This document shows, one piece after another, positions 20,601 through 29,745 of a stretch of 64,000 nt of DNA (position 1 is its first letter; the number at the start of each line of letters is the position of its first letter). The notes beneath the pieces were generated by a model. It searched no databases. It was not told the DNA's origin and worked only from the letters and a program-made list of their open reading frames with translations. Where the stretch lies: positions 4,261-68,260 of the IMG/VR virus record IMGVR_UViG_3300026118_000019; one strand, given 5' to 3'. Origin of the DNA: a virus. The position numbers and the translations under genes are program-made.

Positions 20601-21577
20601 TGTTGGGTCCGTGCGCGAGATATGAGACAGCACTGACCGCTGTTCAAGTGTTGAGCAACTACAACGCGGGGCATGCCGTATCTGTTCCACTGGGCAATAT
20701 CAAGGAAGACGCCACTGTGTGGCAGATGATGGTCAACCAGGATATGACCCATCCGTCGTTTGGTTCACGCGCGCACGTGTTGGGCCTCTCGACAACGTCG
20801 GTGGCGCATGAGTCAGTTGCTCGAAGTGCGGGGGCCATACACTACTGGCACCTCGACGAGCCGAACATCGTGGATCGGACGATTCTCTCTCGGGAGGTGC
20901 TGGATAGTATCGGGACAGCTGACGGCGGAGTCGTCACATCCGACGACGGCAGCGCTGTCTATCACGGTGGAATCATCGTGTATGGGCAACCCGGACTCAT
21001 GAACGATGGGAGAACGTCGTATCTAATTACCGGCGGGGAAATGCTGAATGGCGCGAATGACAGTTCTGGCACCGCGCACGTGCATGTGGAGGGAGCACTC
21101 GCTGAAGTAGACGGGACGGCCTCGGTCACGTGCGAAGTCTGGATACGACCGCAAGTGCTCGCAGCTGATTCGCTGTTTTTTGCTGGGGGCCTCAGTCTCA
21201 AGATTCATAGCGGGCAAGCCAACGTGCAGTTGAATACCTCAAATGGTTTGGTCGATGTAGTTGGCGGAAGTGTGGTCATTAACCAGACCTATCAGATTGT
21301 CGCCACTTACGACGGGGTCACCGCCCGGCTCTACGTGAATGGCATCCAGGTTGGGCAACAGAATTTCATTGGCGCAATTAATTGCGCTGGGGATACGCAT
21401 GTGACTATTGGCGGAACGGAGGGCGGAGGCACGGTGTATGACGGGTGGGTCGAGAAGACTGTCATCTATCCGACGGCCTTGACGCCGCAGCAGATAGCTG
21501 CTCTCTATGCGGCCAGAATCGTAACGGCCGTGCCGGTGCCACCGGCCACGAACAACAAGGAGGAAGCAGATGTCTGA
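17666..21577 (+). CDS. Large protein with WxxxYPD repeats and two LamG/ConA-like domains
   Basis: Many W-x-[GA]-x-Y-[PA]-D repeats; WRLDE...LEAWIKP...YHLVMTYDG..LYIDG LamG-type domain twice. Confidence 0.75.
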   Translation: MATDGLFDPEIDKRGVFDPEHNRGGLFDPELIKTSSGVVLTPLTWLGTYADLIPTPRRVAWSQAFAMGQPFADVTSKTFSWKAAYPDTAPGARRPPEFPAYTSGSRLDMLTAKTLAWQAKYPDQMMVPRIPAWFKALGSFGVPFNEVTAKTLSWQAEYPDAVRLPAFPHPPSYTAPVTTPTAGFDPSISTFQWEYQDVLAARVPTQSPSIFSPVTVTQIPTWFQPLFVDLAPGPRPALPGWLTQALAPSYPIPSLPGWLANYVDTAPKARTPLESWPAFVTGSTSSSLPVAALAWAAKYPDSARAARTPVEAWPAWVTGATSSTFTVPAVSWAAKYADSARAARTPIESWPSFAALHPQPISITLDQFAWRGSYPDKFTYLRPPDLPAWATGATSSTFTVPSRSWAGVYADKIDAAPRVWVPPFTALDAFPRTEMTPLSWRGQYADWVDRLRAMPLSEARAPFAPTNPVTALSWKGIYADRAPGARPLADWQTLAFYPVPFAQPLNTFGWRGSYPDWFQYLRPAEFPAWTTGALSPALPVPRPLAWQPLYPSRVDVAKGVVAPPFLALDAFPRPGLIPLSWQGVYADKVDRLSLPMFGWTASPSSLLLPSPMLAWQGVYPERVWPKARLLDALQRFWQSSTSVVNPVPSRAWAGVYPDRIVLSRARLLDGSQKFWTYSTSSIYPVPLVSWRGFYPSGFPHPVLASIPMLFAAPYISDPGASIDSFPPTVFYGPELIRFMSQLALQPRTTLETIAFPSITSDTTTQPSFGPRLLLTLPPDAPSFEAVVTNGASSLWRLDESAGPTIRDSIDTRPGVVAGNVIFNQPGLIGPLSRAISLDGLDTSGPPRILVSNGTIGGLSALSLEAWIKPSTVSPSDYPNTNKLIIGYWSDSFLKIQVNSATTRFFVARIATTGGVFVAVSGSPQANTIYHLVMTYDGQNLVLYIDGVETARTPATGLLIATGGQSFSLGGIPTFGFAGLLGPCARYETALTAVQVLSNYNAGHAVSVPLGNIKEDATVWQMMVNQDMTHPSFGSRAHVLGLSTTSVAHESVARSAGAIHYWHLDEPNIVDRTILSREVLDSIGTADGGVVTSDDGSAVYHGGIIVYGQPGLMNDGRTSYLITGGEMLNGANDSSGTAHVHVEGALAEVDGTASVTCEVWIRPQVLAADSLFFAGGLSLKIHSGQANVQLNTSNGLVDVVGGSVVINQTYQIVATYDGVTARLYVNGIQVGQQNFIGAINCAGDTHVTIGGTEGGGTVYDGWVEKTVIYPTALTPQQIAALYAARIVTAVPVPPATNNKEEADV

Positions 21578-21959
21578 CCCGGCGAAGTTTGTCGTGCCCA
21601 ACGCCGTCGAGCAACAGAGCGGTATCTATCGCGCCACGCTCCGCGACGAGAATGGGGCAGCGGTCGCCGCACAAGTGCTGACCACATTCACGCTCACGCT
21701 CTACAATCTGTCGTCCGGCACCGTCATCAATTCTCGGTCCGCCCAGAATGTGCTCAACGCGAATCAGGTCACAGTGGACGGGTCCGGCAACGTCGTGTGG
21801 AACTGGTTGCCAGCCGACATGACGATTATTAACCCTAATCTCAACTCGGAAGAGCATGTGGCTTTGTTCGAGGCGAAGTGGCTCGATAGTCAATTACGCA
21901 ACCGCCAAGGCAATCATGAGGTGCACTTCATCGTCAACCGCGTGGCACAACTGACATGA
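21570..21959 (+). CDS. Ig-like putative structural protein
   Basis: AGGAGG RBS; beta-rich. Confidence 0.55.
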   Translation: MSDPAKFVVPNAVEQQSGIYRATLRDENGAAVAAQVLTTFTLTLYNLSSGTVINSRSAQNVLNANQVTVDGSGNVVWNWLPADMTIINPNLNSEEHVALFEAKWLDSQLRNRQGNHEVHFIVNRVAQLT

Positions 21960-22558
21960 GACCAGCTGAAACGTTTTGGCGGAGTCACCACGGCGATTTC
22001 TGGTTGGCGCGGTATGCGGAAAGCACGTTCAATCCGTCGCGGCAACCGCTGGGTGCGGCCTTGCGCGCGGCTGCGCCCTATCACACGGCGTTGGACCTCG
22101 GGTGCAATTGTGGGGTGTTGGTGCCGTGGTTAGAGACGCACGGCACCGAGGTAGCGATTACGGGGGTCGACGTCAATCACCAGGCGGTGGCCTACGCGAA
22201 AAAAATTTGGACCAAACACGAATGGGTCGAAGCCTCGATTGTCGACTGGCTGCCTCTCCAGCTGGGGCAGTGGGACCTCGTGGTATCGAGTTCGTGTCTG
22301 GCCCACCTGGCTCCCAACGATGTCGCCGCCGCGTTGGTGGGCATTACTACGGTGGCGGCACACACCATCGTCCTTCAGGAAGTGACGGTGTCGCCGGAGT
22401 TTGAACGGGAAGGCCCTTCCTCGTCAGGGGTGTCGGAATGGCGCTACGACTACGTGCAGCGCCTCGCGCGTCTCGGGTGGGAGTGCTTGTCGCACTACCC
22501 GCAACAAAGCGAACCGGGCCGTCCGGCGGCGGTCATGACTTTCAGAAAGGCGAATTGA
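21956..22558 (+). CDS. Class I SAM-dependent methyltransferase
   Basis: ALDLGCNCG, ITGVDVN, WDLVVSSSCLAH. Confidence 0.85.
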   Translation: MRPAETFWRSHHGDFWLARYAESTFNPSRQPLGAALRAAAPYHTALDLGCNCGVLVPWLETHGTEVAITGVDVNHQAVAYAKKIWTKHEWVEASIVDWLPLQLGQWDLVVSSSCLAHLAPNDVAAALVGITTVAAHTIVLQEVTVSPEFEREGPSSSGVSEWRYDYVQRLARLGWECLSHYPQQSEPGRPAAVMTFRKAN

Positions 22559-23277
22559 TGGACCCGACGACCACGACCGAACCGACTCGCCAACGCAAGA
22601 TTGCCTTGATTGGCTATGCGCCCAACGTCCGCTTCGCCCCCTGGGGCGACACGAGCTACGAAATCTGGGGCTTGAACGACCAGATCGTGACCATGCCCCG
22701 GATTGACGTGCTGTTTGAGATTCACAGCCCGGAAGTAATCAAGGCCGAGGGGCACTGGGACCGGCTGAAGACCCTAACGATTCCGGTCTTTATGCAGCAG
22801 CATTACGATGAAATCCCGACCAGCGTCGCTTATCCGCTGGACCTTGTGCAAAAACGCTATACAATTCAAGGGTGTGATCGTGCGTTCCTGACCTGCTCCG
22901 CGAGCCTGATGTTAGCCGTGGCCCTGGAGTCAACCCCGGTGCCGAGCCGGATTGACGTGTTCGGCATTGACATGGCCCAGGACAGCGAGTTCAGCCACCA
23001 ACGACCGAGCTGCGAATTTTTCCTGGGCGTGGCTCACGGGAAAGGGATTCAGCTGTCGTTGCAGAACAGTAGCGACCTGCTCAAGGCCCCCTTCATCTAC
23101 GGCTTCGAAGACGAAAAGGCCAGCGTGTTCAAGGCGCAGGTCGTCGAGCGGCGCAAGTGGCTCACCGACATGATGAACAACGCGATTCAAAAAGAATCGC
23201 AAGCGAAAGAAGAACGGCTGCAATATCTCGGAGCCGTCTCAGATATCGAACACGTCCTTAAACGCTGGACCGCCTAG
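22558..23277 (+). CDS. Rossmann-like putative glycosyltransferase (paralog 3)
   Basis: KIALIGYAP..APWGD..YEIWGLN...LFEIH...SASLMLAVAL...VFGIDM...HQRPSCEFFLG. Confidence 0.5.
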   Translation: MDPTTTTEPTRQRKIALIGYAPNVRFAPWGDTSYEIWGLNDQIVTMPRIDVLFEIHSPEVIKAEGHWDRLKTLTIPVFMQQHYDEIPTSVAYPLDLVQKRYTIQGCDRAFLTCSASLMLAVALESTPVPSRIDVFGIDMAQDSEFSHQRPSCEFFLGVAHGKGIQLSLQNSSDLLKAPFIYGFEDEKASVFKAQVVERRKWLTDMMNNAIQKESQAKEERLQYLGAVSDIEHVLKRWTA

Positions 23278-23344
23278 TTCTTAGCTTACCTGACCTACCC
23301 GCCCCGACTCGACTTGCAAACCCACGACGCAAGTGGAGTATCAC

Positions 23345-23821
23345 ATGCCTTTGTTGCCTGCTAGCATCCTTGGGACAGCGGCGGCGAGTTCAGCGAGCCC
23401 CGTGTATGTCTCGCCGCTGTCGTCGTCTGCGCCGTCGATTGGGTCCACCATCACCCTCGCGCAGAATCCCAAGTCGGCGCTCTTTTATCTCAACTTCAAT
23501 CAGAGCCCGCCTAATTCCTCACAGACGATCAACGTCTATATCGAACACTCACCCGATGGTGGGGTGACGTTCGACGACTTTGTGTCGTTCCCTCTCGTAG
23601 CGGGCAAAGGCACCCCGGCGGACCAGATTGCTGTGTGGGTGCGTGACGTTGCGCCATCCAGCAGTGCGATTGTCCGCACGCCCACCACGCGCACGTTGGC
23701 GGCAGGCACGGTGCTGCAAGGTCCCGTGGCTCCGGTGTGGCGCTGTGAAGCGGTCCCGGCGACGAGCTGTTCGTCGAGCCAGGCGTGGCAGATCAACGTT
23801 ACCGCGCAGATTGGGCAATGA
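23345..23821 (+). CDS. Beta-rich putative virion protein
   Basis: GGAG RBS; VYIEHSPDGGVTF. Confidence 0.6.
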   Translation: MPLLPASILGTAAASSASPVYVSPLSSSAPSIGSTITLAQNPKSALFYLNFNQSPPNSSQTINVYIEHSPDGGVTFDDFVSFPLVAGKGTPADQIAVWVRDVAPSSSAIVRTPTTRTLAAGTVLQGPVAPVWRCEAVPATSCSSSQAWQINVTAQIGQ

Positions 23822-26800
23822 GCGTCCGGTCCTCAGTCGCATTGGCGGTGCGTGCCCTAGCCGACAGGCTGGGGAAACCTTCGTTTGCGGGCACCCCATT
23901 CCCAGACGGGGAAGTCAGCAAAGACATCCAACTCACCGGAGAGCTGGGTGGCACTGGCACATTCAACTTCGGCGGCTTCATTCGGGGAGAAGATTTCAAC
24001 CCCCAGATGGACGCCCAAACCGCCATCAAGAATCTCGACGAAATGCGGCGGTCGGATTCACAGGTGCACGCGGCGCTCGAAGTGGTCAAGCAACCTATCC
24101 GCACGGCGGATTATGAGTTAGACCCCTCAGACCCAGACGACCCCGAAGCCAAAGAAGTCGCCGACTTCGTCAAGTGGTGTCTCTTCGAAGGCATGACCAC
24201 CACCTGGGATGACGTCATTCGCCAAGCGCTGCTCGAACTAGACTTCGGCTTCATGCTGTTCGAGAAGGTGTGGACCGTCGCGGAAGACGGTCCTTACGCG
24301 GGTCACATCATTCTCTCTAAGCTGGCGGCACGGCCACCACGGACAATCTGGCAGTGGTTCACCGACGAAGACGGGGGGCTGATTAGTATCAAGCAGCTGG
24401 CTGTCAAAGCGGGCACCTATCAATTTCTCGATGTGCCGGTCAGCAAGTTGGTGCGCTTCACCTTCCAACAGGAGGGTGACAACTTCACGGGCATCAGCAT
24501 GCTGCGGTCCGCATATCCGCACTGGCTGATCAAGAAACAGCTCTATTTGATTGACGCGATTCGCGCGACGCGGTTCGGCGTGGGTATCCCGCGCGCGAAG
24601 TTGAAGGCTGGATATAAGCCAACCGAAGACGACCGCAATGCCATTGCGCTGATGTTGCAGGGGCTGAGCAGTCACCAGCACGCGTATCTGATTGAGCCGG
24701 AGCAAATGGAAGTCGACATTCTCATGCCGCAAGGTGTGCAGGGTGGCGCGCAGTTGCTGCCGTCGATTCAACACCAGAACGAACAGATTACGCGCAACAT
24801 CCTAGCGCAGTTTCTCGACATGGGCGGGCGGAGCCAGGGCGGAAGCCGCGCACTCGGCTCGTCAGCCATGGATTTCTTCCTCAACGCCATTGAAAGTATC
24901 GCCGACCAAATCTGCGACGTGCTGAACAAGCAGCTCATCAAAGACCTGGTCGACATGAATTTCGACGTCGCCAAGTATCCGACGTTGCGGCCGGTCGGGA
25001 TTCACGAGACCGACGTGTCGAGTCTCGCGGCAGCGGCCGGAGCGCTCGCGGGCGCAGGTCTGCTGACCCCCGACAAGAAGACCGAGAACACCTTCCGGCA
25101 AATGCTCAACCTGCCGGAAGTCTCGGAAGAATTGCTGGAGGGCGTGCAACCAGGAGCCCCAGGCCAGTCGGGCATGCAAATGCCGGTCGGGATACCGGGG
25201 ATTCCTGGGCAGCCTCCACGACCAGGCCAGACGACAGGCCAGCCTGGGAAGGCCGCGCCAGCGCCTCCAGCGCCTGCTACAGCGCTGAGGCCCGGCCAGG
25301 CCAACACCATGGTCACCGGCCCGACCAAAGCGGTCTCTACGGCTACTGGCCCGTCTCTGGCCGTGAAGGCGCAGAACGTCCAGCGGGCGGAATTAGCGGA
25401 CGGGGAGACGTTCCAGCCGTTGGCTCCGATGACCGTCCCTGCGGCCACCACCGTGCCGATTGCCGCGTCGACTCTGGCCATGAGCCCGGTCGACGTCGAC
25501 CAGACACCGAACGCACCGCGTTTCATTGCGCCCCAAAAACCGGAATACGTGACTCCAGCCGAAGGTGTCTCCGGACGCCCCATGGTTGTCGAGCCGCCGC
25601 AACATCAACCGCCGACGAGCCATGACCCACGCGGGCAGGATATGGCGTCGACCAATTGGACCAATGAACTTCCGGCCAGGTCGACGGTGTATCAGACCGA
25701 GCCCGCGCGCACGACTATCGCTACCGTGACTCCGGCAGTGAGCAACGTGCGTGCCCCCATGTCAGCGCGGAGTGCGATTAGTAACATCATCCCAGCGACG
25801 GCAACGATTACGACGCAGCCGCACCACCAGGCGCACATGGCGCGCTCGACGACCGTCTCTTCGGGAGACGGCGGCGAACTGGAGGGTCACTCGTGGAGCG
25901 AGGCGGCATTGCCGCCCAACTTCAAGCCGCACGCAGCAGCGTCGCCAGACCAGAGGATGGGCGGAACGCCGAGCATCAGGGGGACAGCGCCGCACACACA
26001 CCCGACCGGGCCAGTGGCCTTTACAAGCCGGGCCAAGTCGAACCTGGACAGCTCGACGTTGTGGAGGGACCCGAGCCCATTGGAACTGCGAGTGCTGGAG
26101 CTACGGGAAATCCCGCGCCGTCTCGATACCGAACGCAACGCCTTGAGAAATACGCTGCTCGCCGTCCGCGAGGAGCAGATTTTGCGTCTCGCGTCGGCAG
26201 TCGCTCACGCGCGATCCGGCGACCCGATTAAGCCACCCCTCGTGGGCAAGATGGCGTCCGATATCGAAAAGGTGATGAAGAGCACCTTCGAATACGGGCA
26301 TGCCCAAGTGCTCACCGAACTGCGCAAACAAGGGTTCCGGACGCGCGGGGCACGCGCCTTCGCGGATTGGAATGAAGACCTGCACCCGCGTGGGTCCGGG
26401 GGTCTGTTCACGACAGCGAATGGTGGTGACGGCGGGCACGTGACGACTGTCACAGCAACGATTGCCAACGAAGCTGGTTCACTAATTCAAAAATCAGAGT
26501 CTTCCCATAAAGAGATGGGAATTGTCATTGATCATACTGGTAACGTCATTGAACGGGCGTCCCAGCGGAGTGCCTACGGCAGCCGAGATATAGGATATCC
26601 AAAGAGCTATAGCGCTTTACATACTGCTGATGCCAATTTAACGGTGGTGCACACCCACCCGACACAAGTTGGGAACGACGAATACCACGCCACGACGTTC
26701 TCAGCCGGTGACTTAAAATTTGCCTTACAACCAGGCGTCGGACGCATGGTTGTATTGACTGGAAAAGGTGACCGATTCGAATTTGCCAAGGTGCGACCGA

Positions 26801-29745
26801 GCGCCATCCCACTAGCTCAAGCAATGGAGAAGACAGCTCGTAGCATGTTGACTGGTAGTCCAGCACATGATCAAGCTGTGACAAATATGCGTGGGCACGC
26901 GATGATGGCTAGGCTTGTTGACGGTGGGCACGTCGATGGCTATCGCGCGACGTTGACGTCGAAGACAAAAGAAGTGCTCGAACAACAGACTCGGCAATTT
27001 GCCAACGACTGGAAGAGGTTAATCCACAATTCTAACGAGACGTGGGAAACTCAACTTAGAGGCGAAATCAAATTCGCGGATTTTGACCCAGACCTGCACC
27101 CGCGCTCGGATGATGGTAAGTTTACGTCAGGAGGCCCAGATGCCGGAGCGCCCGCCGATTCGAAAACCAGTGGAGCTGTCGGAGGAGGAGGAGCTGAGGT
27201 ATCCGCCCCCGCGTCCAAAGCCGCCCGTCCCAAGCCCAACCACGTAACGGCGTCGGTTGCGAACGAATACAACTCGACGCACGGCATGCCGCCGATTGAA
27301 CACGGCTATGTCGACGTCGACCAGCACAAAGCTGGAACGATTGCGGACGCCTACGACAAGCTGCCGGTTGATGACAGCGCCAACCCCGCCGTCCGGATAG
27401 CCTACCAAGCGCTGGGCACTGAGATTCAAGCGCAGTGGGACTACGCCACCACGAAGGGGATGCACTTCGAGCCCTGGACGAAGGAGGGCCAACCCTATCA
27501 GACGTCGGTCGAAATGGCCGACGACGTCCGCGCGAACAAGCATCTCTACTTCTATACCGGTGGGGAACCGCACCCATTCCTGTCGGAGCCGGACAAGAAC
27601 GGCCTGTCGCTGAACGATAAGTTCCGCGCGATTCACGACTACTTCGGGCATACGGCTGGAGGCTACGGGTTCGGGCCACGCGGGGAAGAGAACGCCTGGC
27701 GCGCACACTCGCAGATGTTCTCGCGCGACGCGCGGAAAGCTATGACGACGGAGACCCGTGGGCAAAATTCCTGGGTCAACTTCGGTCGCCAGAACTACAA
27801 CCCGGACGGCAGCTACAAAAACATTCCACCGCCGGACCGGCCCTATGCGGTCCAGAAGGTAGCCATTCTCCCAGACGAGTTCGTCGAGATGCGTGAACGC
27901 ACTGGTGGCATTGCCTTCGCGTCTCCGAACACCCGTAAGACCGCGTTCCCGCACTTGACCGCCAGCGCCAAGCTGTCCGCCCAGTCGGCGGCAGATAAAC
28001 TCCTCGGCTCCGCGCAGGCTGAAGCGCTCCGCCTCCAGCGCGCAGGATGGGACGAAGACGAAGTCGAAGACGCCCTGAAAATTCACATGGGCGAGCTGAG
28101 CGACGCTGATATCACGCGCATTGCCAACACCGAAGTCAACGAGTCGTTTTCGATGGGCCGCGTCGCCGCTGGGAAAGAGTTCCAGGACGAAATCGAGTAT
28201 GCCGTCTACAGCGCCATCCTCGATAACTCGGTGTGCAAGGTGTGCGAGGACTTGGACGGTAAGGAGTTCGAAGTCGACAGCGACGACTACGAAGAGAACA
28301 TGCCGCCGAATCCGAACTGCGAAGGCGGGGACAATTGCCGGTGCGCGTATATCTACGTGCTGAAGACGCCAGACGAGGATGACGACGTTGAAGCTAGCGA
28401 CGCAGTGCGCATGGGGGATTGGGACGAAGACCTGCACCCGCGTGACGATGCAGGGAAGTTCACATTTGTCTCTGGCGGCGGCGCATCCAGCAGCAGTGGC
28501 AAAACCGACGCGGAAAAAGAAGCCGACAAGCAACGAGAAGAAGCGAAACAACAACACTACGCCAAGCAACACGAGGAGTTTGACCGCCTGAAGGGCAACT
28601 GGGCACGAATCAACAACGATTTGCTGGACAACATCCATGAGCCGGACTCGCCAGCGGCCCAAGAGAAGATGAGCCAGCTCCAGGATTTAGTGAAGCAAAT
28701 GGCGCGTCTCGATGCCGACCCTGGCGGGCTGGAAGGTATCGGCTTACCTGGTGGCGCGCGGGACGTGGTCATCGTCGGCACTGGGCCTGGGGGAATGGCA
28801 GCGGCAATCAACAGCAGCTACGACGGGCTCGATACCTTGGTGATTGACGCGGATGAACATCCCGGCGGGCAATCGAAGTATTCGAGCCGCGTGGAAAACT
28901 ACCCTGGGTTCCCGATTGGTGTCACCGGAGCCGACCTCGCTAAAAACATGCACGAGCAGGCGACGCGTCTCGGAGCCGAAAGCAAACTGGGCGTGAAAGT
29001 GGTGAGTCTGACCGTGGACCCGAAGACCCAGCTGAAGACGCTCACGTTGTCGAACGGCGAAAAGATCGAGGCCCGGTCAGTAGTGATTGCGGGTGGCGTG
29101 GAGGCGCGCGCGGTGGCCTTCCCTGGGCATGACGCCAAAGACATCTTCTATCTGGACCCCGTGAAGCTGAAGGCCGAAGCGGTCGGTGGCAAACCGACGG
29201 TCGTGGTGGGCGGCTCGAACGGCGCGGCGCAGGCCGCGCTAAGTGTGGCCAAAGAAGACGGCGACGTTTACGTGGTCAGCCGGTCGCCGATTGAAAAGAG
29301 CATGAGCGACAACCAAATCACGGCGCTGCGAAGCAATCCGAAGATTCATATTTTCCAGGACGAAATTCACTCGGTGGAAAAAGATTCGGATGGGAATACC
29401 CAGGCCGTCGTGCTGAAGAGCGGTAAACGGCTGGACGCGTCTGGCGTCGGCATGTTCATCGGCGGGGCTCCGAAAGTGGATTGGCTGCCGAAAGAAATTC
29501 AGCTCACCAATGGCAAGGTGCACACGACCAAGGATATGGAAACCAACATCCCTGGCGTGTTCGCGGTCGGTGACGTTCGTCACGAAGGTGGTGGCCGCAT
29601 CGGGGTCGCGGTCGGTGACGGTCAGATCGCCGCCCGCAACGTGTCGGGATATTTCAGTAAGTTGAAGGCTGAGCAAGGCGGCGGCAAGGGCACCAGTCAC
29701 ATTCAGCAGCACCACATGAAGCCGGGTGACCCTGATGCCAAGTAA
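23818..29745 (+). CDS. Portal (Mu gp29/DUF935-like) fused to MuF and three extra enzyme-like domains
   Basis: Portal: EMRRSDSQV, GF...EKVW, G.SMLR.AY..W..K, RFGVGIP, ILAQFL...GSRALG; MuF: RIANTE...AILDNSVCKVC..LDG...PP...NCRC; TrxB-like C-terminus. Confidence 0.85.
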   Translation: MSVRSSVALAVRALADRLGKPSFAGTPFPDGEVSKDIQLTGELGGTGTFNFGGFIRGEDFNPQMDAQTAIKNLDEMRRSDSQVHAALEVVKQPIRTADYELDPSDPDDPEAKEVADFVKWCLFEGMTTTWDDVIRQALLELDFGFMLFEKVWTVAEDGPYAGHIILSKLAARPPRTIWQWFTDEDGGLISIKQLAVKAGTYQFLDVPVSKLVRFTFQQEGDNFTGISMLRSAYPHWLIKKQLYLIDAIRATRFGVGIPRAKLKAGYKPTEDDRNAIALMLQGLSSHQHAYLIEPEQMEVDILMPQGVQGGAQLLPSIQHQNEQITRNILAQFLDMGGRSQGGSRALGSSAMDFFLNAIESIADQICDVLNKQLIKDLVDMNFDVAKYPTLRPVGIHETDVSSLAAAAGALAGAGLLTPDKKTENTFRQMLNLPEVSEELLEGVQPGAPGQSGMQMPVGIPGIPGQPPRPGQTTGQPGKAAPAPPAPATALRPGQANTMVTGPTKAVSTATGPSLAVKAQNVQRAELADGETFQPLAPMTVPAATTVPIAASTLAMSPVDVDQTPNAPRFIAPQKPEYVTPAEGVSGRPMVVEPPQHQPPTSHDPRGQDMASTNWTNELPARSTVYQTEPARTTIATVTPAVSNVRAPMSARSAISNIIPATATITTQPHHQAHMARSTTVSSGDGGELEGHSWSEAALPPNFKPHAAASPDQRMGGTPSIRGTAPHTHPTGPVAFTSRAKSNLDSSTLWRDPSPLELRVLELREIPRRLDTERNALRNTLLAVREEQILRLASAVAHARSGDPIKPPLVGKMASDIEKVMKSTFEYGHAQVLTELRKQGFRTRGARAFADWNEDLHPRGSGGLFTTANGGDGGHVTTVTATIANEAGSLIQKSESSHKEMGIVIDHTGNVIERASQRSAYGSRDIGYPKSYSALHTADANLTVVHTHPTQVGNDEYHATTFSAGDLKFALQPGVGRMVVLTGKGDRFEFAKVRPSAIPLAQAMEKTARSMLTGSPAHDQAVTNMRGHAMMARLVDGGHVDGYRATLTSKTKEVLEQQTRQFANDWKRLIHNSNETWETQLRGEIKFADFDPDLHPRSDDGKFTSGGPDAGAPADSKTSGAVGGGGAEVSAPASKAARPKPNHVTASVANEYNSTHGMPPIEHGYVDVDQHKAGTIADAYDKLPVDDSANPAVRIAYQALGTEIQAQWDYATTKGMHFEPWTKEGQPYQTSVEMADDVRANKHLYFYTGGEPHPFLSEPDKNGLSLNDKFRAIHDYFGHTAGGYGFGPRGEENAWRAHSQMFSRDARKAMTTETRGQNSWVNFGRQNYNPDGSYKNIPPPDRPYAVQKVAILPDEFVEMRERTGGIAFASPNTRKTAFPHLTASAKLSAQSAADKLLGSAQAEALRLQRAGWDEDEVEDALKIHMGELSDADITRIANTEVNESFSMGRVAAGKEFQDEIEYAVYSAILDNSVCKVCEDLDGKEFEVDSDDYEENMPPNPNCEGGDNCRCAYIYVLKTPDEDDDVEASDAVRMGDWDEDLHPRDDAGKFTFVSGGGASSSSGKTDAEKEADKQREEAKQQHYAKQHEEFDRLKGNWARINNDLLDNIHEPDSPAAQEKMSQLQDLVKQMARLDADPGGLEGIGLPGGARDVVIVGTGPGGMAAAINSSYDGLDTLVIDADEHPGGQSKYSSRVENYPGFPIGVTGADLAKNMHEQATRLGAESKLGVKVVSLTVDPKTQLKTLTLSNGEKIEARSVVIAGGVEARAVAFPGHDAKDIFYLDPVKLKAEAVGGKPTVVVGGSNGAAQAALSVAKEDGDVYVVSRSPIEKSMSDNQITALRSNPKIHIFQDEIHSVEKDSDGNTQAVVLKSGKRLDASGVGMFIGGAPKVDWLPKEIQLTNGKVHTTKDMETNIPGVFAVGDVRHEGGGRIGVAVGDGQIAARNVSGYFSKLKAEQGGGKGTSHIQQHHMKPGDPDAK

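Noticed and set aside
26415-27900. Inserted domains as inteins
   Set aside because: No C/S start with HN-C/S/T end and no LAGLIDADG motifs
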